DNA of 64,000 bases, taken from positions 33,062 to 97,061 of the forward strand of contig CABRXF010000003.1 of NCBI GenBank assembly GCA_902474885.1, written 5' to 3'. The stretch's first letter is position 1; every line of letters begins with the position of its first letter. The position numbers and the translations under genes were made by a program. Origin of the DNA: an uncultured Collinsella sp. (GTDB lineage Bacteria > Actinomycetota > Coriobacteriia > Coriobacteriales > Coriobacteriaceae). This document shows, piece by piece, positions 48,912 to 62,707 of the stretch. The notes below the pieces were generated by a model that worked only from the letters and a program-made list of their open reading frames with translations, had not been told where the DNA came from and did not search any database.

Positions 48912-49616
48912 CTAGTCGCGCAGGATGATGTCCATGGCGAGCATCAGGTTGCGCTCGTCGATGGTAAACGGGGCGGCTTCGCGCGTCTTGGGCTTGGCGC
49001 AAAACGCGATGCCCGTGCCCGCGGCCCGGATCATGGGGATGTCGTTTGCCCCGTCGCCAATAGCGACCGTGTGGGCCATGTCGACGCCGCACTCAACTGC
49101 CCAGTCCAGCAGCTGGATGAGCTTGGATTCCTTGGTCACAATGTCTGTCGCCAGCTTACCCGTGAGCTTGCCGTCTACGACCTCCAGACGATTGGCCAGG
49201 CAAAAGTCGATACCCGCGGCAGCCGCGATCTTGTCGGCGACCTCGTGGAAGCCGCCGCTCACCACGCCGACCTTCCAGCCCTTGCTGTGCGCCGAGCGCA
49301 CAAGCTCCAACGCGCCGGGGGTAAATGTCACACGCTCAAAGGCGCGCTCGAACACGCTCTCGTCCAGGCCGGCGAGTAGCCCCACGCGTTCCTCGAGCGC
49401 TTGCTTAAAGTCAAGCTCGCCGCGCATGGCGTGTTCGGTGATCCGCGCAACTTGTTCGCCTACGCCGGCCTCCTCGCCCAACAGGTCGATGACCTCCTGG
49501 TTGATGAGTGTGGAGTCGATATCCATAACGATGAGGCGTGCAGTCATGACGGGCCTTTCCGAGTGCAGTTGTGTTGGGGCACATTGTCGCACGGGGCGCG
49601 CCTTGGCGACGGCCAC
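48912..49616 (-). CDS. serB: Phosphoserine phosphatase (HAD family)
   Basis: LIVMDIDSTL (DxDST), ...GGFHEVADKIAA, ...AIGDGANDIPMIRAAG. Start uncertain: GTG at 49616 or the internal ATG before MTARLIVMD near 49547. Confidence 0.75.
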   Translation of the reverse strand: MAVAKARPVRQCAPTQLHSERPVMTARLIVMDIDSTLINQEVIDLLGEEAGVGEQVARITEHAMRGELDFKQALEERVGLLAGLDESVFERAFERVTFTPGALELVRSAHSKGWKVGVVSGGFHEVADKIAAAAGIDFCLANRLEVVDGKLTGKLATDIVTKESKLIQLLDWAVECGVDMAHTVAIGDGANDIPMIRAAGTGIAFCAKPKTREAAPFTIDERNLMLAMDIILRD

Positions 49617-49803
49617 GGTGCGGCAATTGTTTCGTCTCCGTCAAGTCTTTGGGCAGGAGCTACTTTTCCGCGGCACATCGACACAGGTGCGATAAGATAG
49701 AACGCCATGTCTGGCTGCGCGGTTTACGCAGGCTGGGCAAATCTGTACGACGCCGCCCGGAACGACACGGGGCGGCACAGATCCATAAAGGAGGATCACT
49801 GGT

Positions 49804-51591
49804 ATGAGCCAGACCCGTCCCATCGACGAGCATTCCATGCACACCCGTACCTGCGGCGAGCTTCGCCGCGAGAACGTGGGCGAAGAGGTCACCCTCACCG
49901 GTTGGGTGAGCCGTCGCCGCGATCACGGCGGCCTTATTTTCTGCGACCTTCGCGACCGCGAGGGCATCACGCAGCTCACCTTCGACCCCGAGCACTCCGA
50001 CGGCGACGCCTTTAAGATTGCCGAGACCATGCGTCCCGAGTGGCCTATCAAGATCCACGGCGTCGTGCGCTCCCGTGGCGAGGAGACCACCAACGCCAAG
50101 CTCGCGACCGGCGAGATCGAGGTCCTGACCGACCACGCCGAGGTGCTCAACACTTCCGTCACCCCGCCGTTCCAGATCGAGGACGGCATCGAGACCAGCG
50201 AGGACACCCGTCTGCGCTATCGCTATCTGGACCTCCGTCGTCCCGAGATGATGGCAAACCTCAAGCTGCGCTCCGACTTTACCTTTGCCATTCGCGAGGC
50301 GCTGCACAACCGTGAGTTCATGGAGGTCGAGACGCCCTCCCTGTTCAAGTCCACGCCCGAGGGCGCCCGCGACTTCATCGTCCCCAGCCGCATCCAGCCG
50401 GGCAACTTCTACGCTCTGCCGCAGTCCCCGCAGCTTCTGAAGCAGCTGCTCATGGTCGGTGGCGTCGAGCGCTACTACCAGGTTGCCAAGTGCTTCCGCG
50501 ACGAGGACCTGCGTGCCGACCGTCAGCCCGAGTTTACTCAGGTCGATATCGAGATGTCCTTCGTGGACCAGAACGATGTCATGAGCGCGCTCGAAGAAGT
50601 CCTGTCCGATGCCTTCGGCCGCATGGGTGTCGAGATGCCCACGCCGCTGCGTCGCATGGACTACTGGGATGCCATGGACACCTATGGCTCCGACAAGCCC
50701 GATACCCGCTATGGCATGCACCTGGTCGACCTGACCGACATCTTTGCCAACTCCAAGTTCAAGGTCTTTGCGACCGCCGCAAATGAGGAGGGCTCTGTCG
50801 TCAAGGCCATCAACGCCAAGGGCGCCGGTGCCTGGGCACGTGCCAAGATCGATAAGCTCGCCGGCGTGGCCTCCACGTTTGGCGCCAAGGGCCTGGCCTG
50901 GATCGCCTTCCGCGAGGACGGCTCCATCAACAGCCCCATCGTCAAGTTCTTCTCGGACGAGGAGATGGCCGCTCTGCGCGAGCGCATGGACGTCGAGCCC
51001 GGCGACCTTGTGATGTTCGCCGCCGGCCCGCGCCTGCTCTCCGACGAGATCCTGGGCGGCATGCGTTCGCACATGGCCAACGCACTCGAGATCAAGCGTG
51101 AGGGTCACGACTTCCTGTGGGTCGTCAACTTCCCGCTGCTCCATTGGGACGAGGACCGCAAGGCCTACGCTGCCGAGCACCAGCCCTTCACCCTGCCGAC
51201 CGAGACCGACATCGCCAAGATCGAGGCCGACCCGTTGGCAGCCGGTTCTTGCACCTACGACTTTGTCATGGACGGCTTTGAGGCCGGCGGCGGCGGCATG
51301 CGTATCCACAACGCCGAGATGCAGATGTCCATGCTCAAGCTCCTGGGCTTTACCGAGGAGCGCGCCGAGTCTCAGTTTGGCTTCCTCATGGAGGCCCTCA
51401 AGTTTGGTGCGCCCCCGATGGGCGGTTTTGCTCTGGGCCTGGATCGCGTGTGCATGCTGCTCACCGGTTCCGACTCCATCCGCGACGTCATGGCGTTCCC
51501 CAAGACGGCCAGCGGCTCCGACCTCATGTCGGGCGCCCCGAGTGCCGTTTCCGGCGCCCAGCTCAAGGACGTCAGCCTGCGCCTGATGTAG
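49804..51591 (+). CDS. aspS: Aspartate--tRNA ligase
   Basis: AAGGAGGA ribosome-binding site. OB-fold N-terminus. FRDEDLRADRQPEFTQVDIEMSF (motif 2). GGGMRIHN...GLDR (motif 3). Confidence 0.9.
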   Translation: MSQTRPIDEHSMHTRTCGELRRENVGEEVTLTGWVSRRRDHGGLIFCDLRDREGITQLTFDPEHSDGDAFKIAETMRPEWPIKIHGVVRSRGEETTNAKLATGEIEVLTDHAEVLNTSVTPPFQIEDGIETSEDTRLRYRYLDLRRPEMMANLKLRSDFTFAIREALHNREFMEVETPSLFKSTPEGARDFIVPSRIQPGNFYALPQSPQLLKQLLMVGGVERYYQVAKCFRDEDLRADRQPEFTQVDIEMSFVDQNDVMSALEEVLSDAFGRMGVEMPTPLRRMDYWDAMDTYGSDKPDTRYGMHLVDLTDIFANSKFKVFATAANEEGSVVKAINAKGAGAWARAKIDKLAGVASTFGAKGLAWIAFREDGSINSPIVKFFSDEEMAALRERMDVEPGDLVMFAAGPRLLSDEILGGMRSHMANALEIKREGHDFLWVVNFPLLHWDEDRKAYAAEHQPFTLPTETDIAKIEADPLAAGSCTYDFVMDGFEAGGGGMRIHNAEMQMSMLKLLGFTEERAESQFGFLMEALKFGAPPMGGFALGLDRVCMLLTGSDSIRDVMAFPKTASGSDLMSGAPSAVSGAQLKDVSLRLM

Positions 51592-51612
51592 GCAAGCGGC
51601 TACATATTGCCT

Positions 51613-51650
51613 GTAACGAGGGAAGGACGCGTGCCTTCCCTCGTTTTTTA
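51613..51650 (+). terminator. Rho-independent terminator after aspS
   Basis: AACGAGGGAAGGacgcgtgCCTTCCCTCGTTTTTTA. Confidence 0.75.
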
Positions 51651-51687
51651 TACGCAGAGGTTGTGAAGGCATAGGGTAACCGGACGT

Positions 51688-51890
51688 CGCGGAAAGTGCG
51701 TCCCGGAATCTGCGTCTGGAATGGGTCGCGCTTTCCCAAAGGGGTCCTCTGGGAAAGCGCGACCCAGAATTCGGCAAAATAATGGGGCGCAGTTTCCGGT
51801 TGAGCTGTCTAACGGAAACTGTGCCCCAGAATGAGCGCTCAAAACGGGGCAGGCTTTCCGCAACAACTGTCTGGAGGAAAGCCTGTCCCA
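51688..51890. repeat. Tandem array of ~3.5 related palindromic hairpin units with a ~60-bp period: GGGnCGCnnTTTCC-loop-GGAAAnnGCGnCCC-AGAAT
   Basis: gggtcgcgctttccc/gggaaagcgcgaccc, ggggcgcagtttccg/cggaaactgtgcccc, ggggcaggctttcc/ggaaagcctgtccc, plus a half unit ggaaagtgcgtcccggaat. Confidence 0.7.
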
Positions 51891-51895
51891 GTTTC

Positions 51896-52912
51896 TTATA
51901 GCGAGTCCCTCTGGATCAGCTGCATGTGCATCACGGAGGTGGTGGGCTCGGCACCCTTGATCATGTCGAGCGCAATGTTGGCGGCCATGTGGCCCTCTTC
52001 GCGCAGGGGCTGGCGGACGGTCGTGAGCGCGGGGACGCAGCGCGCCGCAATCTCGTGATCGTCGAAGCCGACGACAGAAACGTCCGCCGGAACGGATAGG
52101 CCTGCCTCGTTGAGTGCGGTGATGACGCCAGCCGCGATACGGTCCGATCCGCAGAGCACGCCATCGAAAGCAATCTCGCGCGCGAGGATCTGGTGCATGG
52201 CCTGATAGCCGTCTCCGTTGTTCCAGCCGGTATAGATAACGTTTGCGTCTGGGAGGTCTTCGCCCAAGACGGCACGGTAGCCGCGCAGGCGGTCGACAAC
52301 AGCGGGGTTGTCTTGTGGTCCCAACACGGCGACGATATCTTTGCGCCCGCGTTCCTTCATGGCGAGTGCCGCAAAGTGTCCGCCCTCTTCGTCGTCAGAG
52401 TAGACTGTCGAGAACACATCGCGATAGGGGTGGCCCTCGAGCTGGCCGCACAACACGGTGGGTACGCCCAGCTCGCGCAGCACCTCGAGCAGCTCGCTGC
52501 CCTTGTAGGGGGAGACGTCGATCACGGCGTCGAACGAGCGGCGCTCAAAGTGCTCGCGTGCGCGGTTGCGCTCATGCGTAGAAGACGCCTGCAAGATAAC
52601 GGGCAGATAGGACGACTCCGACAGTTCCTCGGTAATGCCGCTCAAAAACTCGCTATAGGTGGGGTCGCTGAAGAGTTCACTCAGGGGCTCGGTCACGAGC
52701 ACGGCGATGATTTCCGTGCGCCCGACAGCGAGCGCTCGGCCACGAGCGTTGGGGACAAAATTGACTTCCTTGGCCGCCGCGCGGACGCGCTTTTTGGTTT
52801 CCTCGCTAATGCGGGGCGAATCGTTGAGAGCGCGCGATGCCGTGGAGCGCGACACGCCGGCAGCTGCGGCAACCTCGGCAAGCGTAGGTGCGGTGCGAAC
52901 TGGTTGGGTCAT
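51896..52912 (-). CDS. LacI-family transcriptional regulator (EbgR-like by position)
   Basis: HTH TLAEVAAAAGVSRSTASRALN and a periplasmic-binding-protein-like sugar-binding domain. Divergent from the beta-galactosidase gene. Confidence 0.8.
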   Translation of the reverse strand: MTQPVRTAPTLAEVAAAAGVSRSTASRALNDSPRISEETKKRVRAAAKEVNFVPNARGRALAVGRTEIIAVLVTEPLSELFSDPTYSEFLSGITEELSESSYLPVILQASSTHERNRAREHFERRSFDAVIDVSPYKGSELLEVLRELGVPTVLCGQLEGHPYRDVFSTVYSDDEEGGHFAALAMKERGRKDIVAVLGPQDNPAVVDRLRGYRAVLGEDLPDANVIYTGWNNGDGYQAMHQILAREIAFDGVLCGSDRIAAGVITALNEAGLSVPADVSVVGFDDHEIAARCVPALTTVRQPLREEGHMAANIALDMIKGAEPTTSVMHMQLIQRDSL

Positions 52913-53152
52913 GGCGTCTCCTAGAGAATGCGGTCGATGTTGTCGCTGATACGGGCTGGTGCGGATACAGCTTACTATAGTGCGCCTGAACAGCGTTCAT
53001 GATATCCGGTGACCGGTGTCGTTTTGCAACCAAGCCGCAATCGAATACGTCTCGTATGGGTGAGATATCAGCGGGCGTGGCGGTTGCCTACGAGCTTAAG
53101 AACGATGTCTTGCGCTGAGTTTCGATACTCAGGGTGACATAAGTGTCGCGGT

Positions 53153-53257
53153 TGTACAACCGGTTGCACCGTTAACCCGACCAAATCGACCGTTCAGCGG
53201 ACAACCGGTTGCACAGTTTTTTGCATCGCCCGTAAGATAAGGACAACCGGTTGCACA
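53153..53257. promoter_or_regulatory. Three copies of a palindromic LacI-type operator (near-perfect TGCAACCGGTTGCA core) at 53153-53169, 53201-53215 and 53243-53257
   Basis: tgTACAACCGGTTGCAc, gGACAACCGGTTGCAca, gGACAACCGGTTGCAca, spaced 48 and 42 bp apart. Located between divergent genes: the LacI-family regulator and the beta-galactosidase. Confidence 0.7.
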
Positions 53258-53273
53258 AGAATCACTACGATGA

Positions 53274-56297
<3,024 letters not shown>

Positions 56298-56300
56298 GTC

Positions 56301-56756
56301 ATGCATGTCTTTAACTCGCGTGCCGACTTCGATGCTCAGATGAAGTCCGTCAAGAAGTGGATGCGTACCGGTCAGGCGCTCGATGGCGTTGCCGACCTGC
56401 AGCACGACGTGGCGTACTCCATCGGCGACTCGTTGGTGTACTGGTGGGTCTATGCCCGCGAGGCCGCAACCGCCGATCTGGTCGGTCACCGTCGCTACCA
56501 TGCCGTGCTCGCTCCGCTCGACGGCGACCTGACCGTCGAGGTTGCCCCCAAGGCAGGCCTCACCTGCACCCGCGCTTACAGCGATATCGATGATCGCGAG
56601 CGCTTTGAGGGGGCGGGGGAGACCGTGACGATTCCCGCCGGCGGCGTTGCCGTCGTCGAGATCAACGAGGCTTACCGTGTTATCGCCGAGGCTTCGGATC
56701 CCCGCGTCGTGGTACTGCACGTGACGGTCGAAGGTTATTCCTTCCCCAACAAGTAG
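56301..56756 (+). CDS. ebgC: YhcH/YjgK/YiaL-family protein (EbgC-like beta-galactosidase beta subunit)
   Basis: 151 aa. YSIGDSLVYW, GHRRYH, EAYRVIA and a C-terminal VTVEGYSFPNK parallel E. coli EbgC (HSIGDSLTYR, GHRRYF, EAYRFI, VTIEDGYFHNK). Confidence 0.8.
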   Translation: MHVFNSRADFDAQMKSVKKWMRTGQALDGVADLQHDVAYSIGDSLVYWWVYAREAATADLVGHRRYHAVLAPLDGDLTVEVAPKAGLTCTRAYSDIDDRERFEGAGETVTIPAGGVAVVEINEAYRVIAEASDPRVVVLHVTVEGYSFPNK

Positions 56757-56897
56757 TATTCGTCCGTTTGGACGTTTGCTTCGCGCCGTTAAGGGGGATG
56801 GCTTTGTTGACTCCCTTTTCCCCATTCCCCTTAGCAGGTGCGCCGTCCGTGTTTGCACTTGCAGCTCGGACGGGTTTAGATGACATTTAATAGATGA

Positions 56898-58373
<1,476 letters not shown>

Positions 58374-58477
58374 CGGCTAGGATTAATCTACGGCTGTGGA
58401 ATAAATCGATTCCCTTTCCTAAGGAGGGGCCTTACGAGGCCCCTTCTTTTGTGTTTTGGGGCATGGTTTTGGACCCC

Positions 58478-58697
58478 GTGTTCAAAAAATGCCAAATATG
58501 AGTACTGCTGCAAAAAAGGTGCCATATTTTTCGGTCTGTTTTGAGCGAAAATGGGCTCACAATCAATTTATCTAACCCCCTTTAAAGGGCGTTTGACAGC
58601 TTTCAACCTCTTCGAATCGCTCAAAGTAGGCAAATGGCTCTCGATTTTGCTGCTACTAAATTGGTGACAGTACTCATATTTGCCACTTTTTGCCCAC
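58478..58697. repeat. MITE-like element, copy 2. 220 bp with ~30-bp terminal inverted repeats.
   Basis: Left end gtgttcaaaaaatgccaaatatgagtactg. Right end cagtactcatatttgccactttttgcccac. The subterminal right-arm block tactaaaYtggtRacagtactcatattt is shared with copy 1. Confidence 0.7.
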
Positions 58698-58794
58698 GAG
58701 GTGTTCAGAGGAGCTCTCGACAAGCATCTAACGCTACAATAACTACCACGTGGCTGGGTTTGCCGGCCGAATGTGCGATGTCGTGGGAGGGGAC

Positions 58795-59043
58795 ATGGTC
58801 GAGTTTACAAAGACGATTAAAGATCCGTTGGGACTGCATGCCCGCCCGGTTGCGTTGCTCTATGACATTATTGCCAAGCATCGTAGCGGCGTGTCGGTCA
58901 GCATCGGCGACCGCCATACCGACGGTCGCGACGTTATAGGGCTCATGGCACTCTGTGGCGAATGTGGCGAGGACATCGTGTTCCGCGTTTCGGGTGTGGA
59001 TGAGGCTTCCTGCGTTACATCGATCAGAAATCTCTCGCTCTAA
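58795..59043 (+). CDS. HPr-family phosphocarrier protein (solo)
   Basis: 82 aa from MVEFTKTIKDPLGLHARPVA, the HPr active-site His motif. GGGAGGGG ribosome-binding site. Confidence 0.7.
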   Translation: MVEFTKTIKDPLGLHARPVALLYDIIAKHRSGVSVSIGDRHTDGRDVIGLMALCGECGEDIVFRVSGVDEASCVTSIRNLSL

Positions 59044-59134
59044 GCATGATAGGGCGCGGTAAAGGATGGTCCTTTGCCGCGCCTTTTTGTTTCGTATAGG
59101 AAACTTTTTCGAAATCTGAATGGGGACCCTTTCC

Positions 59135-59190
59135 AAAAAGTTAACCACGTGCTAGTTTACTATAGCGAACATAGACGTGGTTAACTTTTT
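59135..59190. promoter_or_regulatory. Perfect 16-bp inverted repeat (AAAAAGTTAACCACGT ... ACGTGGTTAACTTTTT) flanking a 24-bp core, upstream of feoA. Candidate operator.
   Basis: Read directly from sequence. The core gctagtttactatagcgaacatag contains a TACTATAG -10-like hexamer. Confidence 0.6.
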
Positions 59191-59231
59191 ACGCGTCGAT
59201 GTTGAGGACGAACTGACGTTAGGAGCAACTC

Positions 59232-59474
59232 ATGTCTTGCGGACCGCAGATGCCGGCCATGCCGCTTTCGATGGTAAAAGCGGGCGAAACCGTGCGCGTG
59301 TCTCGTGTAAAGGGCAATGAGGACATGAAGCACCACCTCAAGGACCTCGGCTTTGTCGAGGGCAACGAAATCCACGTGGTGAGCTCGAGTGGCGCCAATA
59401 TCATCGTCACGGTGCTGGGCGCACGCTTTGGCATCGATTCCAAGGTTGCCATGCACATCATGACTGTCGGTTAG
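59232..59474 (+). CDS. feoA: FeoA domain protein
   Basis: 80 aa. SH3-like FeoA fold (LSMVKAGETVRVSRVKG...GFVEGNEIHVV). Confidence 0.8.
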   Translation: MSCGPQMPAMPLSMVKAGETVRVSRVKGNEDMKHHLKDLGFVEGNEIHVVSSSGANIIVTVLGARFGIDSKVAMHIMTVG

Positions 59475-59514
59475 TCGACGGCATTTCTGTACGCACTGAA
59501 AGGGGGACAAGTAA

Positions 59515-59736
59515 ATGAAGACGTTGGGTGACGTTAAGGTGGGCGAGAGCTCCACCATCGTCAAGCTTCACGGTGAGGGTGCGCTTCGCCGCCACCTTAT
59601 GGACCTGGGGCTCATCAAGGGCACTTCGTTCAAGGTCGTGAAGGTCGCGCCGCTCGGTGATCCGGTCGAGATCAACGTGCGCGGCTACGAGCTTTCCATC
59701 CGCAAGGAGGAGGCGGCCGTCGTCGAGGTCCAGTAA
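59515..59736 (+). CDS. feoA: FeoA domain protein, second copy
   Basis: 73 aa. LGDVKVGESSTIVKLHGEGALRRHLMDLGLIKGTSFKVVKVAPLGDPVEI. Confidence 0.8.
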   Translation: MKTLGDVKVGESSTIVKLHGEGALRRHLMDLGLIKGTSFKVVKVAPLGDPVEINVRGYELSIRKEEAAVVEVQ

Positions 59737-59859
59737 GGGCTCGCGGCGTATATTTCTGCAGATAAAGTTAGGTATTTCTAACTTAATGCAGCATCTTTGA
59801 AGCACATTATCCAGCCTGCGCGGAGAAAGCAGCGCAGGCACACAAGGAAGAAGGATTGA

Positions 59860-62187
59860 ATGGCGGATTCTCAGATCCATGTCGCGCTGGCGGGTAACCC
59901 CAACTGCGGCAAGACCACGCTTTTCAACCTGATCACCGGCGCCAACGGCTACGTTGGCAACTGGCCCGGCGTCACGGTTGAGAAAAAGGAGGCCAAGCTC
60001 CTAAGCGACAAGAACGTTACCATCACGGACCTCCCCGGCATCTACTCGCTTTCCCCCTACAGCCCCGAGGAGCAGTGCTCGCGCGACTACCTCATGAGCG
60101 GTGAGCCCGATGTCGTCGTCCAGGTTGTCGATGCCACCAATCTGGAGCGCAACCTGTACCTGGCGCTTCAGGTTATCGAGACCGGCCTGCCCGTGGTCGT
60201 CGCCCTCAACATGGCCGACTTGGTCGAGAAGAACGGCGACAAGATCGACACGGACAAGCTCTCCAAGAAGCTCGGCTGCCCGGTTATGATGATCTCGGCT
60301 CTTAAGAACAAGGGCATCAAGGAGCTGTTCGAGCAGGTCAAAAAGTCCGCTGCTTCCAAGGGGCAGGTGCCGGAGCACAAGTTCGACTCCTCCATCGAGG
60401 ACGTTCTGACGCACATCGAGAACAACCTTCCGGCGAGCGTTCCCGCTAACAAGCGTCGCTATTACGCCGTCAAGCTGTTTGAGCGTGACGCAGACGCCTG
60501 CAAACTCATCAACCTCACCAAGGAGAAGGCTGCTCGCGTGGAGCAACTGGTCGCCCAGTGCGAGCAGGATTGCGATGACGACGCCGAGTCCATCATCACC
60601 GGTGAGCGCTATGGCGTCATCGCGCACATCATCGATGAGTGCCTCACCAAGGCCCCGGCCAAGATGAGCACTTCCGAGAAGATCGACCGTGTGGTTACCA
60701 ACCGTATCCTGGGCCTGCCGATCTTTGTGGTCATCATGTTCTGCGTGTACTACATCGCCGTTTCCACCCTGGGCGGAACGGTGACCGACTTCACCAACGA
60801 TCAGCTCTTTGGCACCGACGGTTGGTATGTGCTCGGTCAGGGCCGCGATGCTTACGATGAGGCTGTCGAGGCCGCGGGTGACGACGCCGACTCGGTCGAC
60901 CCGGCACAGTACGGCCCCTATGTCCCGGGTATCACCACCATGGTGCACGACGCCCTCGTGGCGGGTGGCACCGAGGACGGTGGCCTGGTCGATTCGCTGG
61001 TCTGCGACGGTATCGTTGGCGGCCTGGGCGCCATCTTCGGCTTTGTGCCGCAGATGTTCCTGCTGTTCGTGATGCTGTCCTTCCTGGAGGACTGCGGCTA
61101 CATGGCCCGCGTCGCCTTCATCATGGACCGCGTGTTCCGCCGCTTTGGCCTGTCCGGTAAGTCCTTCATCCCCATGCTCGTGTCCTCGGGCTGCGGCGTC
61201 CCCGGCGTCATGGCCACCAAGACCATCGAGAACGAGAAGGACCGCCGTATGACGGTCATGACCACCACGTTCATTCCCTGTGGCGCTAAGCTGCCGATCA
61301 TCGCCCTGCTCATGGGTTCCATCATCGGCGATTCTTCCACCACCGCGGCGTGGATCAGCCCGCTCTTCTACTTCCTGGGCGTCTTTGCCGTCATCGCCTC
61401 GGGCCTCATGCTCAAGAAGACGAAGCTCTTCGCCGGCCGCCCGACGCCGTTCGTTATGGAGCTTCCTGCCTACCACTTCCCGGCGATCCGCTCTTGGGCG
61501 CTGCACGTGTGGGAGCGCTGCTGGGCCTTTATCAAGAAGGCCGGCACGGTCATCTTCGCGTCCACCGTCGTGGTTTGGTTCCTCTCCAACTTTGGTAGCT
61601 ACAACGGCTCCTTTGGCTTCCTGCCTGCGATGGACGGCATCCCCGAGGAGTTCATGGACTACTCCGTGCTTGCCATGCTCGGCAACCTGGTCGCTTGGAT
61701 CTTCGCCCCGCTCGGCTTTAGCACCTGGCAGGCCACCGCACTGACTGTCTCTGGCCTCGTCGCTAAGGAGAACGTCGTCGCCACCGCCGGATCGCTGCTG
61801 TCCGTCGCCGACGCGGGCGAGACCGACCCGAGCCTGTGGACCGCGTTTGCCGGCATGTTCCCCACCATGGGCGCTTGCGTTGCCTTTGGCGCGTTCAACC
61901 TGCTGTGCGCTCCGTGCTTTGCCGCCATTGGCACCATCCGCAACCAGATGGACTCCGGCAAGTGGACCGCTATTGCCATCGGCTACGAGTGCGCTTTCGC
62001 TTGGGTCATCGGCCTGTTCATCAACCAGTTCTATAACCTGCTTGTCCTTGGGCAGTTTGGTATCTGGACGGTTGTGGCCATCGTGCTGCTGGTTGCGATG
62101 CTCTTCCAGATCTTCCGTCCCATGCCCAAGCACGCTTGGACCGACGAGGACGAGACCAACACCGCTTCTGCTGCAGTTTCCGCTTAA
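59860..62187 (+). CDS. feoB: Ferrous iron transport protein B
   Basis: N-terminal G-domain (ALAGNPNCGKTTLFN, ...DLPGIYSL...) followed by the gate / nucleoside-recognition membrane domains. 775 aa. Confidence 0.9.
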   Translation: MADSQIHVALAGNPNCGKTTLFNLITGANGYVGNWPGVTVEKKEAKLLSDKNVTITDLPGIYSLSPYSPEEQCSRDYLMSGEPDVVVQVVDATNLERNLYLALQVIETGLPVVVALNMADLVEKNGDKIDTDKLSKKLGCPVMMISALKNKGIKELFEQVKKSAASKGQVPEHKFDSSIEDVLTHIENNLPASVPANKRRYYAVKLFERDADACKLINLTKEKAARVEQLVAQCEQDCDDDAESIITGERYGVIAHIIDECLTKAPAKMSTSEKIDRVVTNRILGLPIFVVIMFCVYYIAVSTLGGTVTDFTNDQLFGTDGWYVLGQGRDAYDEAVEAAGDDADSVDPAQYGPYVPGITTMVHDALVAGGTEDGGLVDSLVCDGIVGGLGAIFGFVPQMFLLFVMLSFLEDCGYMARVAFIMDRVFRRFGLSGKSFIPMLVSSGCGVPGVMATKTIENEKDRRMTVMTTTFIPCGAKLPIIALLMGSIIGDSSTTAAWISPLFYFLGVFAVIASGLMLKKTKLFAGRPTPFVMELPAYHFPAIRSWALHVWERCWAFIKKAGTVIFASTVVVWFLSNFGSYNGSFGFLPAMDGIPEEFMDYSVLAMLGNLVAWIFAPLGFSTWQATALTVSGLVAKENVVATAGSLLSVADAGETDPSLWTAFAGMFPTMGACVAFGAFNLLCAPCFAAIGTIRNQMDSGKWTAIAIGYECAFAWVIGLFINQFYNLLVLGQFGIWTVVAIVLLVAMLFQIFRPMPKHAWTDEDETNTASAAVSA

Positions 62188-62362
62188 GTCCGAATAAGGA
62201 TTAACCCCTTTCCACGAGCCCGGGTGTCCCAGCGACACTCGGGCTTTTTGGTGGGGGAGATGTGGCGTTTCCGCAGATAAAACTGATCAAAATAAGCCCG
62301 TCCCTTTTTTGTGGGTGGAGAATGGGGTAAAGTAAGTGGTGGTTAACTAGAGGAGGCTTGCT

Positions 62363-62563
62363 ATGGCACCTATCGATATTGTTGTACTGGCTGTTATCGG
62401 TATTACGTTTGTTGCCGTGTGCGTGCGCATCTACCGCAAGGGCACCTGCGCCGACTGCGCTCAGGGTGGCGTTTGCACGGGGCATTGCTCCAACAAAAAG
62501 ACGTGCGCCGCACTTAAGGGCGTGGACAAAATCGCCGAAGACCTGGGCCGCGGTATTAAATAA
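62363..62563 (+). CDS. FeoB-associated Cys-rich membrane protein
   Basis: 66 aa. One transmembrane helix, then CADCAQGGVCTGHCSNKKTC. Immediately downstream of feoB. Confidence 0.7.
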   Translation: MAPIDIVVLAVIGITFVAVCVRIYRKGTCADCAQGGVCTGHCSNKKTCAALKGVDKIAEDLGRGIK

Positions 62564-62707
62564 GGTCTAGGCATCCAAGCGCCTCGCGAGCATCCGTTCG
62601 CGGGGCGCTTTGCACATTTGGGGGCGAGCGCGGCGAGTTGTAGAGTGATTTTGGGGTATCGTTACCTGTACTGTTAATTGGCAACTTATCTATAACGGAG
62701 TATCCCC

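Noticed and set aside
49540-49620. A possible frameshift in serB. Hand translation around 49550-49560 seemed one nucleotide out of register with the ORF-track translation.
   Set aside because: The six-frame track gives a continuous 234-aa ORF with intact HAD motifs. The discrepancy is most likely my own position counting and not a real frameshift.
51688-51890. CRISPR array
   Set aside because: The repeat units are themselves palindromic hairpins, differ from one another, have a ~60-bp period with short loops rather than unique spacers, and no cas genes are nearby. It is more consistent with a REP/BIME-type cluster.
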